Shown here: piece by piece, positions 11,731 through 24,373 of the stretch | How positions within the stretch are numbered: the stretch's first letter is position 1 | Layout: each line of letters opens with the position of its first letter | From: Eledone cirrhosa | Lineage: Eukaryota | DNA length: 64,000 nt | Assembly (NCBI GenBank): GCA_964016885.1 | Contig: OZ024743.1 | Coordinates: forward strand, 339,760,001-339,824,000 | Direction of reading: 5' to 3' | Translations under genes and position numbers: made by a program | Notes under the pieces: model-generated | Told to the model about the DNA's origin: nothing | Databases searched by the model: none | What the model saw: only the letters and a program-made list of their open reading frames with translations

Positions 11731-14170
11731 ATGAACCTTGACTTCATCACAGTCACGGAAACTTGGGCACATCCCTTACTCTATGATGGGGTTTTCAGCA
11801 TAACTGGCTACAACCTGTTTCGTAAAGACCGCATTAATCGTCGTGGTGGTGGTGTAATGGTCTACATTCGGTCAAATTTGTCGGCAATTCCTTGTGTTGA
11901 TTTGAACCAATCACAGCAGGAAGTTTTTTTTCTGCGATATACGTATGACCATGTCAACACTGCTACTTGAAGTTGTTTACCGTCCCCCAAATTACCATCA
12001 GGACACTCAACTTTGTGATATCCTCAGAGATGCTGCCAGGAAAACAGCCACTTATGTTTTTATTGTAGGAGACTTCACTCACCCTGAGATTGACTGGGAA
12101 ACCTTTTGTTGGCCGCCAAGTGAAAATGACTTCCTTGAGCTAGTGCTGGACTCGAATTGGTCCCAAGTAGTCACCTCCCCAACAATAGGTGACAACACTT
12201 TGGACCTACTCTTCACCACTACTCCTGAAACGGTCATTAGCGTTACTGCTGAGGAACCTTTAGGTGACTATGATCATTGCCAATCTATCTCATGGGCAGT
12301 AACAAGAACCACAACCATCTCCAAACTGCTCACTTTGACTGGAATAAAGCAGACTGGAACTGTTACTGCACCGAGCTGCAACGTCCAAACTGGCTTCAGT
12401 TCTACGACTCTGGAGATGTCAACACTGTACTCCAGAACATCCTGACCTCAATATGGACAGCATGTGCAGCATCGGTGCCAAGTAAGCGGAAAAAACATCC
12501 CAAAAGTGCAATTTGAGAGACTGCAGCAGTCCGTCTTGCCAGAAAAGAACGTCGCAATGCTGAACATGAGTACAAACTTCACAAATCAGACATCAATAGG
12601 AAGAGGCGAAATAAATCGTCCAACCACCTCAAACAGGTGACAAAAAAGGCAGTGCTTCAATTTGAGCAGCGCATAGCAACCAGCCCTGACAGTAAGGTGT
12701 TCTGGAAGTATGTTCACTCAAAGCAAAGGCCTCTCTCTTCAGTTGGTCCTCTTCACAATCCCCACACAAGCCAGGTTACTGACGACCCCAAGGAATGCGC
12801 AGAGCTCGTTGCTGAATGCTACCCATGCTAGCGTGGAAGAACGGATGTAAAACGGTGATGATATGCAGGCATTTTCACTATTGAAGACCAGAGTGTACCG
12901 TCTCCACCATCTATGACACCGGATTCTATTACAACCATGGAATTTACACCTGCAATGCTGCGACGTCACCTAAAAAATAAACACAACCATGCCTCTCCTG
13001 GTCTTGATGGTGTTACGTACCTGCTTCTTAAACGTGGTGGGTACTTCCTTCTGCACCAGCTATCACGCTTCTTCCAATTCTGTCTGAACAACGGTGCTAC
13101 TCCAGAACAGTGGAAAACTGCCAGTGTCATTTCTCTGTTCAAAAAGGGTGACCGCACATCACCTGTGAACTATCGTGCAGTCAGTCTTACTAGCTGCATT
13201 GCCAAACTGATGGAATCCTGTGTCAGAGAAACACTTTGCAGATGACATCAAGATGTTCCTTGAGATAAAAAGGACAGATCCTGAACACTATAGATCTTGC
13301 TTGCAGTTTGACCTGGACACAATGCAACAATGGATCTCAGACTGGCAAGTGAAGCTAGCTGTGGACAAGTGCACCACCATGCATTTTGGGAGTAAAAACC
13401 CAGCGTCCACATACTCCCTCCACGGCATTACGGTCAGCAGCGATTTGCGTTGGACGAAGCACGTCTCTAAAATTGTCAAGAGGGCTGAGGGTGTCTTAGC
13501 ATCACTCAGCAAGACCTTTGTCAGCCGCTCTCCAGCTATATATTTAAGGCTGTGCATGGCTATGGTGCGGCCACACTTAGAATTTGTATCACCAGTCTGG
13601 TACCCTTATCTTGCTCAGAACATTGACTGCCTGGAAACTGTTCAGAGACGTGCAACCAAGCGAATACCCTCCTTCAGGCATCTACCATACTCTGAACGCC
13701 TTGCTTCCCTGGGCATGGATACATTGAAGCTCCGACGCCTGGCAACTGACTTGGTAAACACCCACAAAATGATTAACCATCTTGCTAACAACAACCCTGA
13801 GTACCTTTTTGATTTACATGTGTCTAACACATGGGCATGCCCACAAAGTCAGAAAACAGCACAGTTCCCATGACTTTCTGAAACATTTTTTCATGATCAG
13901 AGTTGCTGAAGCATGGAACAAACTACCTGCATCAGTTGTTAGCTGTCGAGACACTGCATCCTTTAAAACCTCCATGCTTCCCAAGATTTGCCAACACTAC
14001 ACCTAATGTTCCCCCTCCATACACATACACACATGTATATCATGACTCATACACTATTCACTTCCCTGACATTTGTATATTATTTTATGTACTATACATG
14101 CACCTTTGACGAGTTGTAGTGCACCTGAGCACTGTACACAATAATTTCATTATTATCATTATTATTATAA
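11731..14170 (+). mobile_element. CR1-clade LINE, degenerate ORF2 (APE endonuclease + RT), with internal deletion
   Basis: APE motifs ITVTETW, KDR..RGGGV, VVYRPP, IVGDF, TLDL, DH. RT motifs SPGLDG, KKGDRTSPVNYRAVSLTS, FADD. CR1 C-terminus VRPHLEF..VW.P, LETVQRRATK, FF..RV..AWNKLP. (ATT)n tail at ~14150-14170. RT domains 2-4 are missing at ~13237. Confidence 0.9.
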
Positions 14171-14519
14171 TACCATACCTTGATCCCTTAACACCTGATG
14201 GAATCGTAGGTGCGCTGTCATTTACATATTGTGCATTTAAATCTAGTGGAGTTCCTCTTTCTCCATGTGGGAATGCAGCTGATTTCTTCTACAAAAATAG
14301 AGAAAGAAATATAGAAGAAAAATTCAGTATTGAACTGATACTTATTTGTTTTACCTTGCTTGAAAGGATGAAAAGCAAAGTTGACATCAGTGAGTTTTGA
14401 ACCCAGAGCACAGAGAGCTGAAACATGTCAAAAACCATTCTATCTAACGATTTAATGACTCTGCCAATTTGCTGCTGTTCTTTATATACAGTTGAAACAC
14501 TTCAGTGTCATTTTCTTGG

Positions 14520-15400
14520 TTTGTCAAGGCTGCCTCCTCTCATCTCTTCAGTATATATAGACTCTAGAGATGTTAAGGTGCATCCCCACATGGATTAGGA
14601 TGTGGAAGATCCATGTCAGTATATATGGATGATGTCACCAAAGGATTGTCTGACACCAAGCTCATCAAAGTGATCGGCATCACTCTAATATAATAAAAGG
14701 AAAGGCTGATTCATGCTGTTCAACAGCCTTGTGAGACTGGTTTAATCCCAAACCTCCAGGTGGACAAGAATTGGACTGAGGTGACCAGTCTCATTGAGAG
14801 AAAGCTATCCCTGAAAAGTCAGGCAACAGTGGAGAATGCCTACATTGTCTCTGTCATCCATTACCACCTGACCATTGTACCTTGCTCCAATTCATATATG
14901 TCCAACTGGAGCATCTGCTCTTCTGGTTTTTGCAGAAGGGGCACATTCCACTGGTCAGGTGATCCATTTGCTGTCAACACTCACTGCATGGAGTATTAGG
15001 CATGCCATAGCTGGTGATGTGTAGACATTTGCTGAGACTGTTATATCTTCAGCATTTCCTTGACAGTGAACAAGTATGGATGCTGTTTGTTAGACCCATC
15101 TTTCTCCAGCTTGTCTCTGACAGAACTGAAGTCTTGAGTCAAGGAAGAGGCTCTTGGCAACTGGAATGACATCAAGTGTAGGACTCATCAAGCTGTCAGC
15201 TGAAACCATTGTGGCCATGACAAAAGTGGTTGTATAGTGGACAAGATTGAAAGAGTTGAAGACAAACTCTTCTTTGACCAAGCCCTCATAGACTTTTTCA
15301 AGTTTCCCTCGTAAAGGAAGTTGACGGTAGAGAGGGAAGTGCTGCCTTCCAGCAAATTTGACAAAAGGTGGTTGAGAGTGGTGTGCGTATCCTGAGTGAA
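14520..15400 (+). mobile_element. Tx1/L1-clade LINE, heavily degenerate ORF2 fragment
   Basis: QGC, VSIYMDDVT, RKLSLKSQA..NAYI.SVIHY.LT..PC and a C-terminal FFKF..RKL.VEREVL..KF.KRW pattern, all typical of Tx1-like ORF2. Confidence 0.55.
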
Positions 15401-16201
15401 CATGCCTGATCTGGGAATGTACTTGTAGACTACAGAGTGTCTGATGTATTTTATCATGGCATCAGCACTAGCAAGGTTGCTTTAAACCCTATAAAACTAA
15501 ACAGTCCTAACTACTCAACATTGTTTCTGTTCATGTCAAGGCAACATGATCAAGAAGTTGAATAGAAGAGAGAGTAATGACAGAACTTATTGATGAGAAT
15601 AATAACAATTGGATTTTACTATTGATTTCAGATTGTGGACAGTGTATGTAGATGAAATCATACCAGCATCCATAAACCTTATTGAACTGGTGAACCAACT
15701 GCAAACAACATTACAATAAAAGCTTAAATTGTGGTGGCTCCTGTTGGTTTCAAAAGAGAAAAACAATAAATCCCATTTCTCATTGCTATTTCAGCTGCTT
15801 GACCCTATCGTGACCATATTAATAATGAAATACATTCTCTATGCATTTTAGTTATATAAGCATTGAATTGGCAGAGTTATTAGAGCTTAGGAAACAAATG
15901 TCTTCCATTTATCTAGATCAAAGTTCAAATCCCATTGAGGTTAGCCGTGCCATTTGTCCTTTCAGGCTCGATAAAATAAAATACCAGTCCAGGGCAGTGA
16001 AGGGAGAGGTTATTAGAGTGTTAGATGAGATACATTGCATTATTTGTTTTAGATCTTTGCATTCTGAGTTCAAATTCTACTTGGGTAGCAGTCATAATCC
16101 ACTACCCAGATAAACACCACCACCTGGTCTTGGGTACCTTTACCAGAGCCCACACTATTGTAAGCAATCTGGACAGGTCTCTGGTTTGAAGCTACCTTCA
16201 G

Positions 16202-16388
16202 GGTGGTGAATTGACAATATCGGTAGAGGGTCGGACATGCTTTCCAGCATAGTTACGTCCCTTTATGATCTGAGTTCAAATCCCGCCGAAGTTAACTTTG
16301 CCTTTCATCCTTACGGGGTCGATAAAATAAAGTACCAGTAATGTACTGGGTAATTGCTGGCCTTGTGCTAAAGGTAGAAATAATTATT
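16202..16388 (+). mobile_element. tRNA-derived SINE copy (main family)
   Basis: Box A/B-like head (…GAGTTCAAATCCCGCC), conserved core TTTGCCTTTCATCCTTACGGGGTCGATAAAATAAAGTACCAG and an ATT tail. Confidence 0.85.
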
Positions 16389-16938
16389 AAGTTAATATTT
16401 GGAACATGAATTAAAAGATTCTTATATAAAATTATGGTTTAATGTTTTGATTTAGTTATAACTAGGATTTTTATCATGGCACCAAAGATGATGTCAGGCA
16501 GATAGATACTAAAATTGTTAAAGTTCTATGCTGTAGAGGACACAGTATATTGAGGTTTTACATTAAGTTTATGAGCACTGAGAGGATTATCAAAATAGGC
16601 AATGATGGAGACTCTTTGACTGAAAATAGCAGCCAAATCACAACCTAATTTAAAAATGAAAAGGCATGTGAGATAGTGTGGGCTTAGATACTCCTAAAAT
16701 AATGAGATGGTCTTGGCTGTAATGCCTCAGTTGATCAGGGTAGATCTGAGACTAAACACAACTATTTAAATAGCAAAAATCTAATCCAAGGTGATGACCA
16801 TATTTAATAGCTATATGATAGTAGTATCATATTGATATAGACTGTCTCAGTTTAAAGAAAATAAAGCAGTGTATTCATCTCTGGCATATTATATCTAAAA
16901 TTAGATTATTTCATGACAGTAGAATAAATGTTTGGCTA

Positions 16939-17610
16939 GCCTGACTAATGACTGATGATACATTTAAGCCACTATTACTACTGACATATAGCTTGACTAA
17001 TGACTAATGTTATATTTAAGTCAGTATTTCTACTAAGATGTAGCTTGACTAATGACTAATGTTACATTTAAGCCACTATTACTACTGACATATAGCTTGA
17101 CTAATGACTAATGTTATATTTAAGTCAGTATTTCTACTAAGATGTAGCTTGACTAATGACTAATGTTACATTTAAGCCACTATTACTACTGACATATAGC
17201 TTGACTAATGACTAATGTTATATTTAAGTCAGTATTTCTACTAAGATGTAGCTTGACTAATGACTAATGTTACACTATTATTACTGACATATGGGCGGTG
17301 GATTGGCAGTATCGGTAGAGGGTCGGACGCCATGCTTTCCAGCATAGTTACGTCCCTTTACGGTCTGAGTTCAAATCCCGCCGAGGTTAACTTTGCCTTT
17401 CCTCCTTACAGGGTCGATAAAATAAAGTACCAGTAATGTACTGGGTAATTGATGGCTTTGTGCCAAAAGTAGAAACAATTATTACTGACATATAGCTTGA
17501 CTAATGACTAATGTTATATTTAAGCCAGTATTACTACTGACATATAGCTTGACTAATGGCTTATGTTATATTTTAGTCAGCATTATTACTAACATCTGGT
17601 TTGACTAATA
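16939..17610. repeat. 52-bp minisatellite with alternating A/B units (104-bp dimer), interrupted by a SINE
   Basis: GCTTGACTAATGACTAATGTTA recurs at 16991, 17043, 17095, 17147, 17199 and 17251, then 17495 and (variant) 17547. Confidence 0.92.
17293..17477 (+). mobile_element. Full-length SINE with 16-bp TSD
   Basis: GGGCGGTGGATTGGCAGTATCGG head through AGTAGAAACA. ATTATTACTGACATAT is duplicated at 17277-17292 and 17478-17493. Confidence 0.92.
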
Positions 17611-18467
17611 TCTTTAGAATTATCCACAATGTTGCACCAAACATCCTCAACTATGTCATTAATAGATCCTATATTTGATGAAATAGATTATTTTGATTTT
17701 TTTTTTAATGTGAAAAGTCACCATTTTCACTAGAAATTTAAAATTTAGCTTCATTCCATCCAATGCAATGTCAAATTTATAATAACAGTGTTATTACTAT
17801 CGCTTTCTTACATAAGCAGGCTTCTGCACTTAAACCAGCCATTTCCAGCCAGAATTCTCTCACCTCTTTCTATTCAAACCAGCCATAACCGCTGCTCATA
17901 CTGATGTTAAGGTAATAATCTCAAAATAAATATCGTCAAAGTCTCATAGATTCTATATTATGTGAGATAAAGCCTTTACCACAAAAATGCAATAATATAT
18001 ATAATGTAAATGCTAAAGGGGTTAAAGTAACATGACATGAGAATTTGTGGTACTCACACTATTCTCAAAATGTTTGTATTGAAATAATGTTCAACTGAAG
18101 CATTTATTTATTACAAAGGTATAGATGGAATATTTTTCCATTTTAACCTTTCTCCAAAACATTAAATAAGTGAAAGGGAATAGCAGATGATTGTATCCAG
18201 GAGACAGAAATCTGATTGTAAAGGTTAACTTAAAATAGAAACAAATATGTTTTAAGTTTCCATTATCTTTTTATTGTTAGACTTATCCAATGGGACCATG
18301 AATCTTCAGAAAACAACGGCTGGAGTGTTTATTGTATGAACAAACACCAACAATTATTTATACTCATTGTTTCAATTTTGCTTCCCCTGAACCTAATAAA
18401 TTTGCAAACCATTTACAGACTGCATTCCTCACATTTCTCATGTGGCACCAAAATTCCCTTCATTGTA

Positions 18468-18657
18468 CTAATTGTTTCTACTTTTGGCACAAGGTCAGCA
18501 ATTACCCAGTGCATTACTGGTACTCTATTTTATCGACCCCGTAAGGATGAAAGGCAAAGTTAACCTCAGCGGGATTTGAACTCAGAATGGCAAGGGCCGT
18601 AACTCTGTGCGTCAAAGCATACCGTCCGATCCTCTACCGATACTGCCAATCCACCGC
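18468..18657 (-). mobile_element. SINE copy (main family)
   Basis: Reverse complement of the same head, core and tail. Confidence 0.88.
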
Positions 18658-19145
18658 ACATTGTAATAATAAGGCTTGAACAAATGTTCCTGCAAATGCT
18701 TTAACAAATTCAAATAATACATCTTTAGAAATTTATATAGTTGATAGGTATAGTAAAACTGTGTCAGCATATTAGAAGAACGTTTCAAATTTAATGTTCT
18801 TATAGTTGCAGGCATGAATGCATGGTTAGAGAGTTTGCTTCACAACCATGTGATTTTTGGTTCAGTACTACTGCACGGCACCTTGGGCAAGTGTTTTCTA
18901 CTATAGTCTTAGGTTGACCAATACTTTGTGAGTGAAATTTGGTAGATGGAAACTGTGTGGAAGCCCATGGTGTATATATAATATAAATTTAAGAGCAAAT
19001 GACATATATTGGAATATATCAAACAATACACAGGAAATAATTCGCAAAAAGAAATGTAAAGGGTAAAGGGACATAACGCTATGTTGCAAAGTATGGTGTC
19101 CGATGCTCTACCATACTGCCAATCCACCATGCTCACATTAATAAT

Positions 19146-19326
19146 TGTTTCTACTTTAGGCACAAGGCCAGCAATTACCCAGTGCATTACTGGTACTTTA
19201 TTTTATCGACCCCGTAAGGATGAAAGGCAAAGTCAACCTCGGCGGGATTTGAACTCAGATCATAAAGGGACGTAACTATGCTGGAAAGCATGGCGTCCGA
19301 CCCTCTACCGATACTGCCAATCTACC
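19146..19326 (-). mobile_element. Young SINE copy with 15-bp TSD
   Basis: Nearly identical to the 39302 and 51848 copies. GCTCACATTAATAAT flanks both sides (19131-19145, 19327-19341). Confidence 0.9.
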
Positions 19327-19824
19327 GCTCACATTAATAATGAAGCCAATAAATAATAGGACACCCAAAGTAAGCTTAGCTTTTCAAAGACCACTCCATG
19401 ATTTGGAAACATAGGATTATAAGATTCACTACCAACATGTATATCTACCAAGCAATCATACTCGCATGGTCTTCTATGACTGTGTGACATGGACTCTATA
19501 TAGCAAGAGACACCAGTCAACAGAATTACTTTCACATAACATACCTCTGAAGATTGTTTCATATTAAATAGCAAAACAAGGTTTCAGATACAGAATGTGC
19601 AAACATCCTATGAATACATACTCTATGGCAAAAGAAACAAAATCGTTTGACTGGTCATGTTGTCTGCATAAACAATATACACATACTAAAATAAATCTAT
19701 GACAAGTTTGATGCAGGGAAGAGAACAGCCAGCAACCAGGAAAAGTGCTGCAGGAATAGCCTGAAATTAATATTGAATGTTATGTATATTCATTTAGTTT
19801 GCTCAGAACAGGCCCTAATGATAC

Positions 19825-22800
19825 TGTTATATTTCTAGTTATATTTATATTTAACTTCTTTATTAGATTAAATAATTGTTTCTGATTTATGCACAAGGCC
19901 AGCAATTTTGTGGAAAGGGGAAAGTCAATTAAATCGACCCTAGTGCATGACTGGTACTTTATTTTATCGATCCTGTAGGGATGGAAGGCAAAGCTAACCT
20001 TGGCGGCATTTGAACTCAGAACGTAAAGAGTCATAACTCTATGCTGTGAAGCAGGCTGTTTGGCAATCTACCAATACTGCCAATCCACCACCCTTATTAG
20101 ATTAAATAATTGTTTCTATATTTGGGGCACAAGGCCAGCAATTTGAAGGGGGGAACGAAAAGTTGATTAAATCGACCCCTGTGCATTACTGGTACTTTAT
20201 TTTATCGATTTCGTAAGGATGAAAGGCAAAGCTAATCTTGGCAGGTAGATTAAATGATAATAACAATTCAATCATCTCAATCTGTACCCATTAATGCATC
20301 AAGCATAACACAAATCTGGTTGTGAGCCAACATTTTTGTGTAATTATGGATTATTATAACTGTTGATTATATAAATTCTTCTTCTCCTTCATCTTGTGCT
20401 GTGTCTTGTACAAAGAAGACAACAAAACAAGACGTAAGAATGACTTACCAAGTCTATTGTGACAACTAAAATCAGATGCAAGCGTTGTCCACCAACAAAG
20501 AAACTAATATACACAAACTAATCATCTGTATGAATTCAAACAGCTTCCTTCAGCTGTAAAAATGCTGCTGTCATTTTCCAGCAAGTCATGAACAAATTCA
20601 TAAGATCAAACTGTCTAGAAAAGACTTATGCATACAGGGATGCCATCATTATTGAATCTGAGCACAACAGGAACCCAAATAAATTCAAGATGGCAGCCAA
20701 GGCAGTCGGTGTGCAAATCAACTATGAAAAAAGCTGATTTGCTCAAAAGCGAATACAGTTTCTAGGTTACATACTAGAAAACAGCACTGTCCAGCTAGAT
20801 CCTGAGAACTCCCAAGCTATCCTACAAATACCAGAATAAAAAAATGTTAAGAAACTAAACCAACTGTTAGGACTCTTTGCATATTATACAAAATTGATCC
20901 CTTGCTGTTCTGAATTGACAGTTACTCTCTCTGAATCACAGGAAACAATCAATGCCAATGGTCTGTCTGAAGAAGCTAAAGTTTCAATAAAATATCTAAA
21001 GGAAGCCTTAACTAGATCCATATTAACTGCCCCTATACATGACTTACTTTAAACAATCAAGTCAGATGCATCTGACACTACACTTGGGGAATATTAATGT
21101 AAAATAGATGGCAGTTGGCTTCTTTTCAAAAGTATTGTCAACACATGAGTGGAAAGAGTGGCAATTGTTGAAAGCTGTTGCAAATGGTAGCACTTAATTA
21201 GTTGTATTCCACAGTGCCATATTGTAACAGATCAACAATATGTGTCTCTCATCTTTGATAAACACAAAACTACAAAAATCAAAAGAGATAAATTCAGTTA
21301 ATAGCAATTATCTGACTTAGATTGCACAATTTGCTGTCTCTCCAATATTTTGAACAAGATAGATGTTTTATCCAGATGTGGTGCCTTACAAACAACCACA
21401 AGCTTATCAATACTCCACTGCCAATTATGTCATCCTGGTTTAACTAGGATGTTCCACTGCTGTGGACTTTAATCCACAACTTACTAGTGTCCATTAAGGA
21501 CCTGCAAGAAATAATAGACTCTTGTCAAACATGCAAGAAACTAAAGCCCCATTTTTTCAAATCTCCACAAAGAAAGTTAATAAGTGCTACAAGGCCCTTG
21601 GAGCGAGTTTCAATTGATTTTGTGGGTCCTTTTCTAAGTTCTACAAAGAACAAATATTTACTGGTGCTGGTTAATGAGTTCAGCAGATACTCCTTTGCCT
21701 TCCATGCTCTGATATGAGTAGTGAAACTATGACAACACATTTACTAAATCTCTTCTCAAGCTTTGAGTCAGCAAGGTGCATACATTCAGACCAAGGTACC
21801 CAGTTTGAGAATGCCAAGTTACAGCAGTTTTTGCAAAACAATGAGGTGATCAAGAGTCAAACCATCCCATAGAGACCACAAGGGAATGGTCAGTGTTGAA
21901 AACTAACAATTTAGTTTTAAATTCACTTAATCTTCTCAAATAAGCATGGGAGACTGTCCTACCATCCATCTTTTCTTCAATAAGGTCCCTTCCCTGTACC
22001 TTGACATTTCTCAGATCCTGTCATAGGTTTTTGTTTACCAAAACACTTGCAAGAAAGTGGAAACACCCTACTGCACAAAACCACCTGACTCAAAGAAGAT
22101 CCATCAATTGAAAAGGTCAAACTAGTGGAAACAATTTCTCCCTATTTTGCAAAGATGGGGTTTCAAAACAATAGAGTCAGTACTGTCTCCACCTGGCATC
22201 TTGTGACTACACTAACATTTGAAGCACTGGTACCCCTAGCTGAGAATACAAACCCAAAGAACACAGGAGAAGAGGATCAACCAATTGCCTTAAAGGACCA
22301 AAGATGCAAAAATCTTGATGATATATCAGCAGTCCCGGATTTACCATTGAGCTTAGGTGTGCTTAAGCACAGGGCTCTGTTGGACAGGGAAGGGCCCATC
22401 TTCCTGCCAAAAAATGTTTTTTTCTTCCTTCAGGACCCAAGTAAGGAGCTTCATAACTTAACTAGCACAGGGCCTCATTTGTCCTAAATCTGATATTGTA
22501 TATCAGTGAAAGAAAATCAAACACCAAAACCTATTGACACTTAACTCCCCTGATTTATTGAAAAGATCAGAAGCTTATCAGGTTCTAAGGATATTAGAAA
22601 TATCAAAGAACAAAATAACAACCCAGCAAGGCTGCACAATAAAGAAACCGGGTTATTTGTCAGACTATGAACTTTAACTGTCAGTCAATAAAATGAATTA
22701 TTAAAAAAAAAACTAAAACAATTCCTATTCTAAAGCAAAGAAAAATGTTATATTTCTAGTTGTTATATTCTATATTACCATATTGTTATATTGATCTTTC

Positions 22801-22835
22801 TTTTTTATTAGATTGAATAAAAGCTCTTGAATAAT
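19825..22835 (+). mobile_element. Degenerate Ty3/Gypsy LTR retrotransposon (RT-RNaseH-integrase remnants, putative short LTRs)
   Basis: RT YEFKQLP..NAA..FQQVM, IQFLGY; RNase H SDASD, IVTDQ; integrase H..CHPG, CQTC, RPLERVSIDFVGP, IHSDQGTQFE, PQGNGQ. The RT-RH-IN order is Gypsy. Many stops. TGTTATATTTCTAGTT occurs at both 19825 and 22746. Confidence 0.8.
19872..20245 (-). mobile_element. Two tandem SINE copies (longer subfamily with GGGAAAGTCGATTAAATCGACCC insert)
   Basis: Core and tail seen twice. TTATTAGATTAAATAAT is repeated at ~19860 and ~20094. Confidence 0.8.
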
Positions 22836-22851
22836 AATAATAATGATGATA

Positions 22852-23155
22852 TCTACAATAGGCACAAGGCCAGCAATTACCCCAGTGCATTACTGGTGCT
22901 TTATTTTATCGACCCCCCCCCCCCATAAGGAATAAAGGCAAAGTTAACCTCGGCGGGATTTGAGGTTAACTTTGCCTTTCATCCTTATGGGGTCGACAAA
23001 ATAAAGCACCAGTAATGTACTGAGGTAATTGTTGGCCTTGCAATTTCTACTATAGGGCGCAAGGCCAGCAATTTGGGGGAGGGGAAAGTCGATTAAATCG
23101 ACCCAGTACAATACTGGTACTTTATTTTATTGACCCCGTAAGGATGAAAGGCAAC
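22852..23155. mobile_element. Cluster of three SINE 3' halves including an inverted pair
   Basis: Minus copy 22852-22961, plus copy 22962-23040, minus copy ~23043-23155. Confidence 0.85.
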
Positions 23156-24074
23156 AATTTAAGCATTACTACAGATACACCAGCTTCACTAAAGGCTGCA
23201 ATATCATCGCAAGAGACAAATCCTCAGGTGGCAGAAACAAGATGTGAGCTCCACAAAGCCAAGCCAGTCAGCACCTCAAATAAAGCCACAGACTACATAT
23301 GCTTTACACATGGGTGTTATTTCCATTCCAGAACCAATCTCATCAGTCATCTATTGTCCCATAAAACTCAATCAGTTGTTAAACTATTGACTGTTCAGAT
23401 CATATCAGTCTTCGATTTAATTGTGATATTTCCAGTTGCGTTATTAGGGTTTATGTCACCCAGTACAACAACTAATGGTGTCAACAATGTGTTTTCTCCT
23501 GTACCAGACTATACAAAATCATTAGAAATGTTGTATATATTTCCCTCCCAGACAGTTTCACCCAGTATGGTTTGCAACCACAACAATGCTACTGGATATT
23601 TCTAGAGTGGATAAAATATTATCAGAAATAAGCTGATATTGATCCAACCACACCACTCCCCTTGTCTACAGATTTGTGCTGTTATGCCTATATGAAGAAA
23701 TTTATTACTGGTTTTAACTAAAGAATGTTAATATAAAAGGAGGATTTTTTTAGACTATATGTAGCGATGGATGTGGGAAAGAGTATACAGGTGAATGGTG
23801 TTCCCTTACTTTTCGGTTTCCTTGAGAGTTAGCATCTCTTCCCAACCCCAGCCACACGAACCCGTGAGTACTCCGAGTATCTAAAACCCATTACCATCAC
23901 TGACTAGAAGGAAGATATTGTTCGCGATAAGTGTTAAATGAAACCAAAATATATCTATACATTCAAGTATGTGGTGTCCATGAATCATTAATTAACCGAA
24001 CTCTAATACAGATTATAATACGGAGAATTGTCTTTTCATTGAATAAATTAGAACATGTTTTTCATAAATATCAG

Positions 24075-24292
24075 CAGCTGGGTACCCGCCCACGTGCCCG
24101 GCACATAAACATTATCGCTTAGCTACGTCTGTTGTACAGAATAAGAGCTCTGCGTACTTTAGTTTTGCCTGGCCGCCTACGTCTGTGGATGACGTCAGCA
24201 AACATGGTGGCTATGGGATGTCTGTTTGTTTACCGGTGACACTTAAGTCCAACTAAATTCTTCCATTTCTCAAACCTCCCCAACGCCCAACC
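24075..24292 (+). promoter_or_regulatory. STX16 promoter / 5' UTR with perfect CRE palindrome
   Basis: CpG-richer patch directly upstream of the STX16 ATG. TGACGTCA at 24190-24197 is followed by the YY1-like AAACATGGTGG. Confidence 0.55.
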
Positions 24293-24373
24293 ATGGCTAC
24301 ACGGAGTTTAACTGAAGTTTTTATATTAATGCGGAATAATGCACTTCAAAGTCGACATATATTTTCTGAACAA
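24293..24373 (+). CDS. STX16: Syntaxin-16 exon 1 (Vps45-binding N-peptide)
   Basis: ccATGg start. MATRSLTEVFILMRNNALQSRHIFSEQ compares with human [27 protein letters not shown]. Donor CAA|GTGAGT, phase 0. Confidence 0.93.

Noticed and set aside
17293-17385. tRNA genes
   Set aside because: The box A/B motifs belong to SINE heads followed by a core and tail, and no cloverleaf forms.
16939-17610. CRISPR-like repeat-spacer pattern
   Set aside because: The apparent spacers are only two alternating related variants, so this is a minisatellite.
23144-23605. 153-aa ORF as a gene
   Set aside because: It starts inside a SINE, has no recognisable domain or splice support, and is probably decayed transposon sequence.
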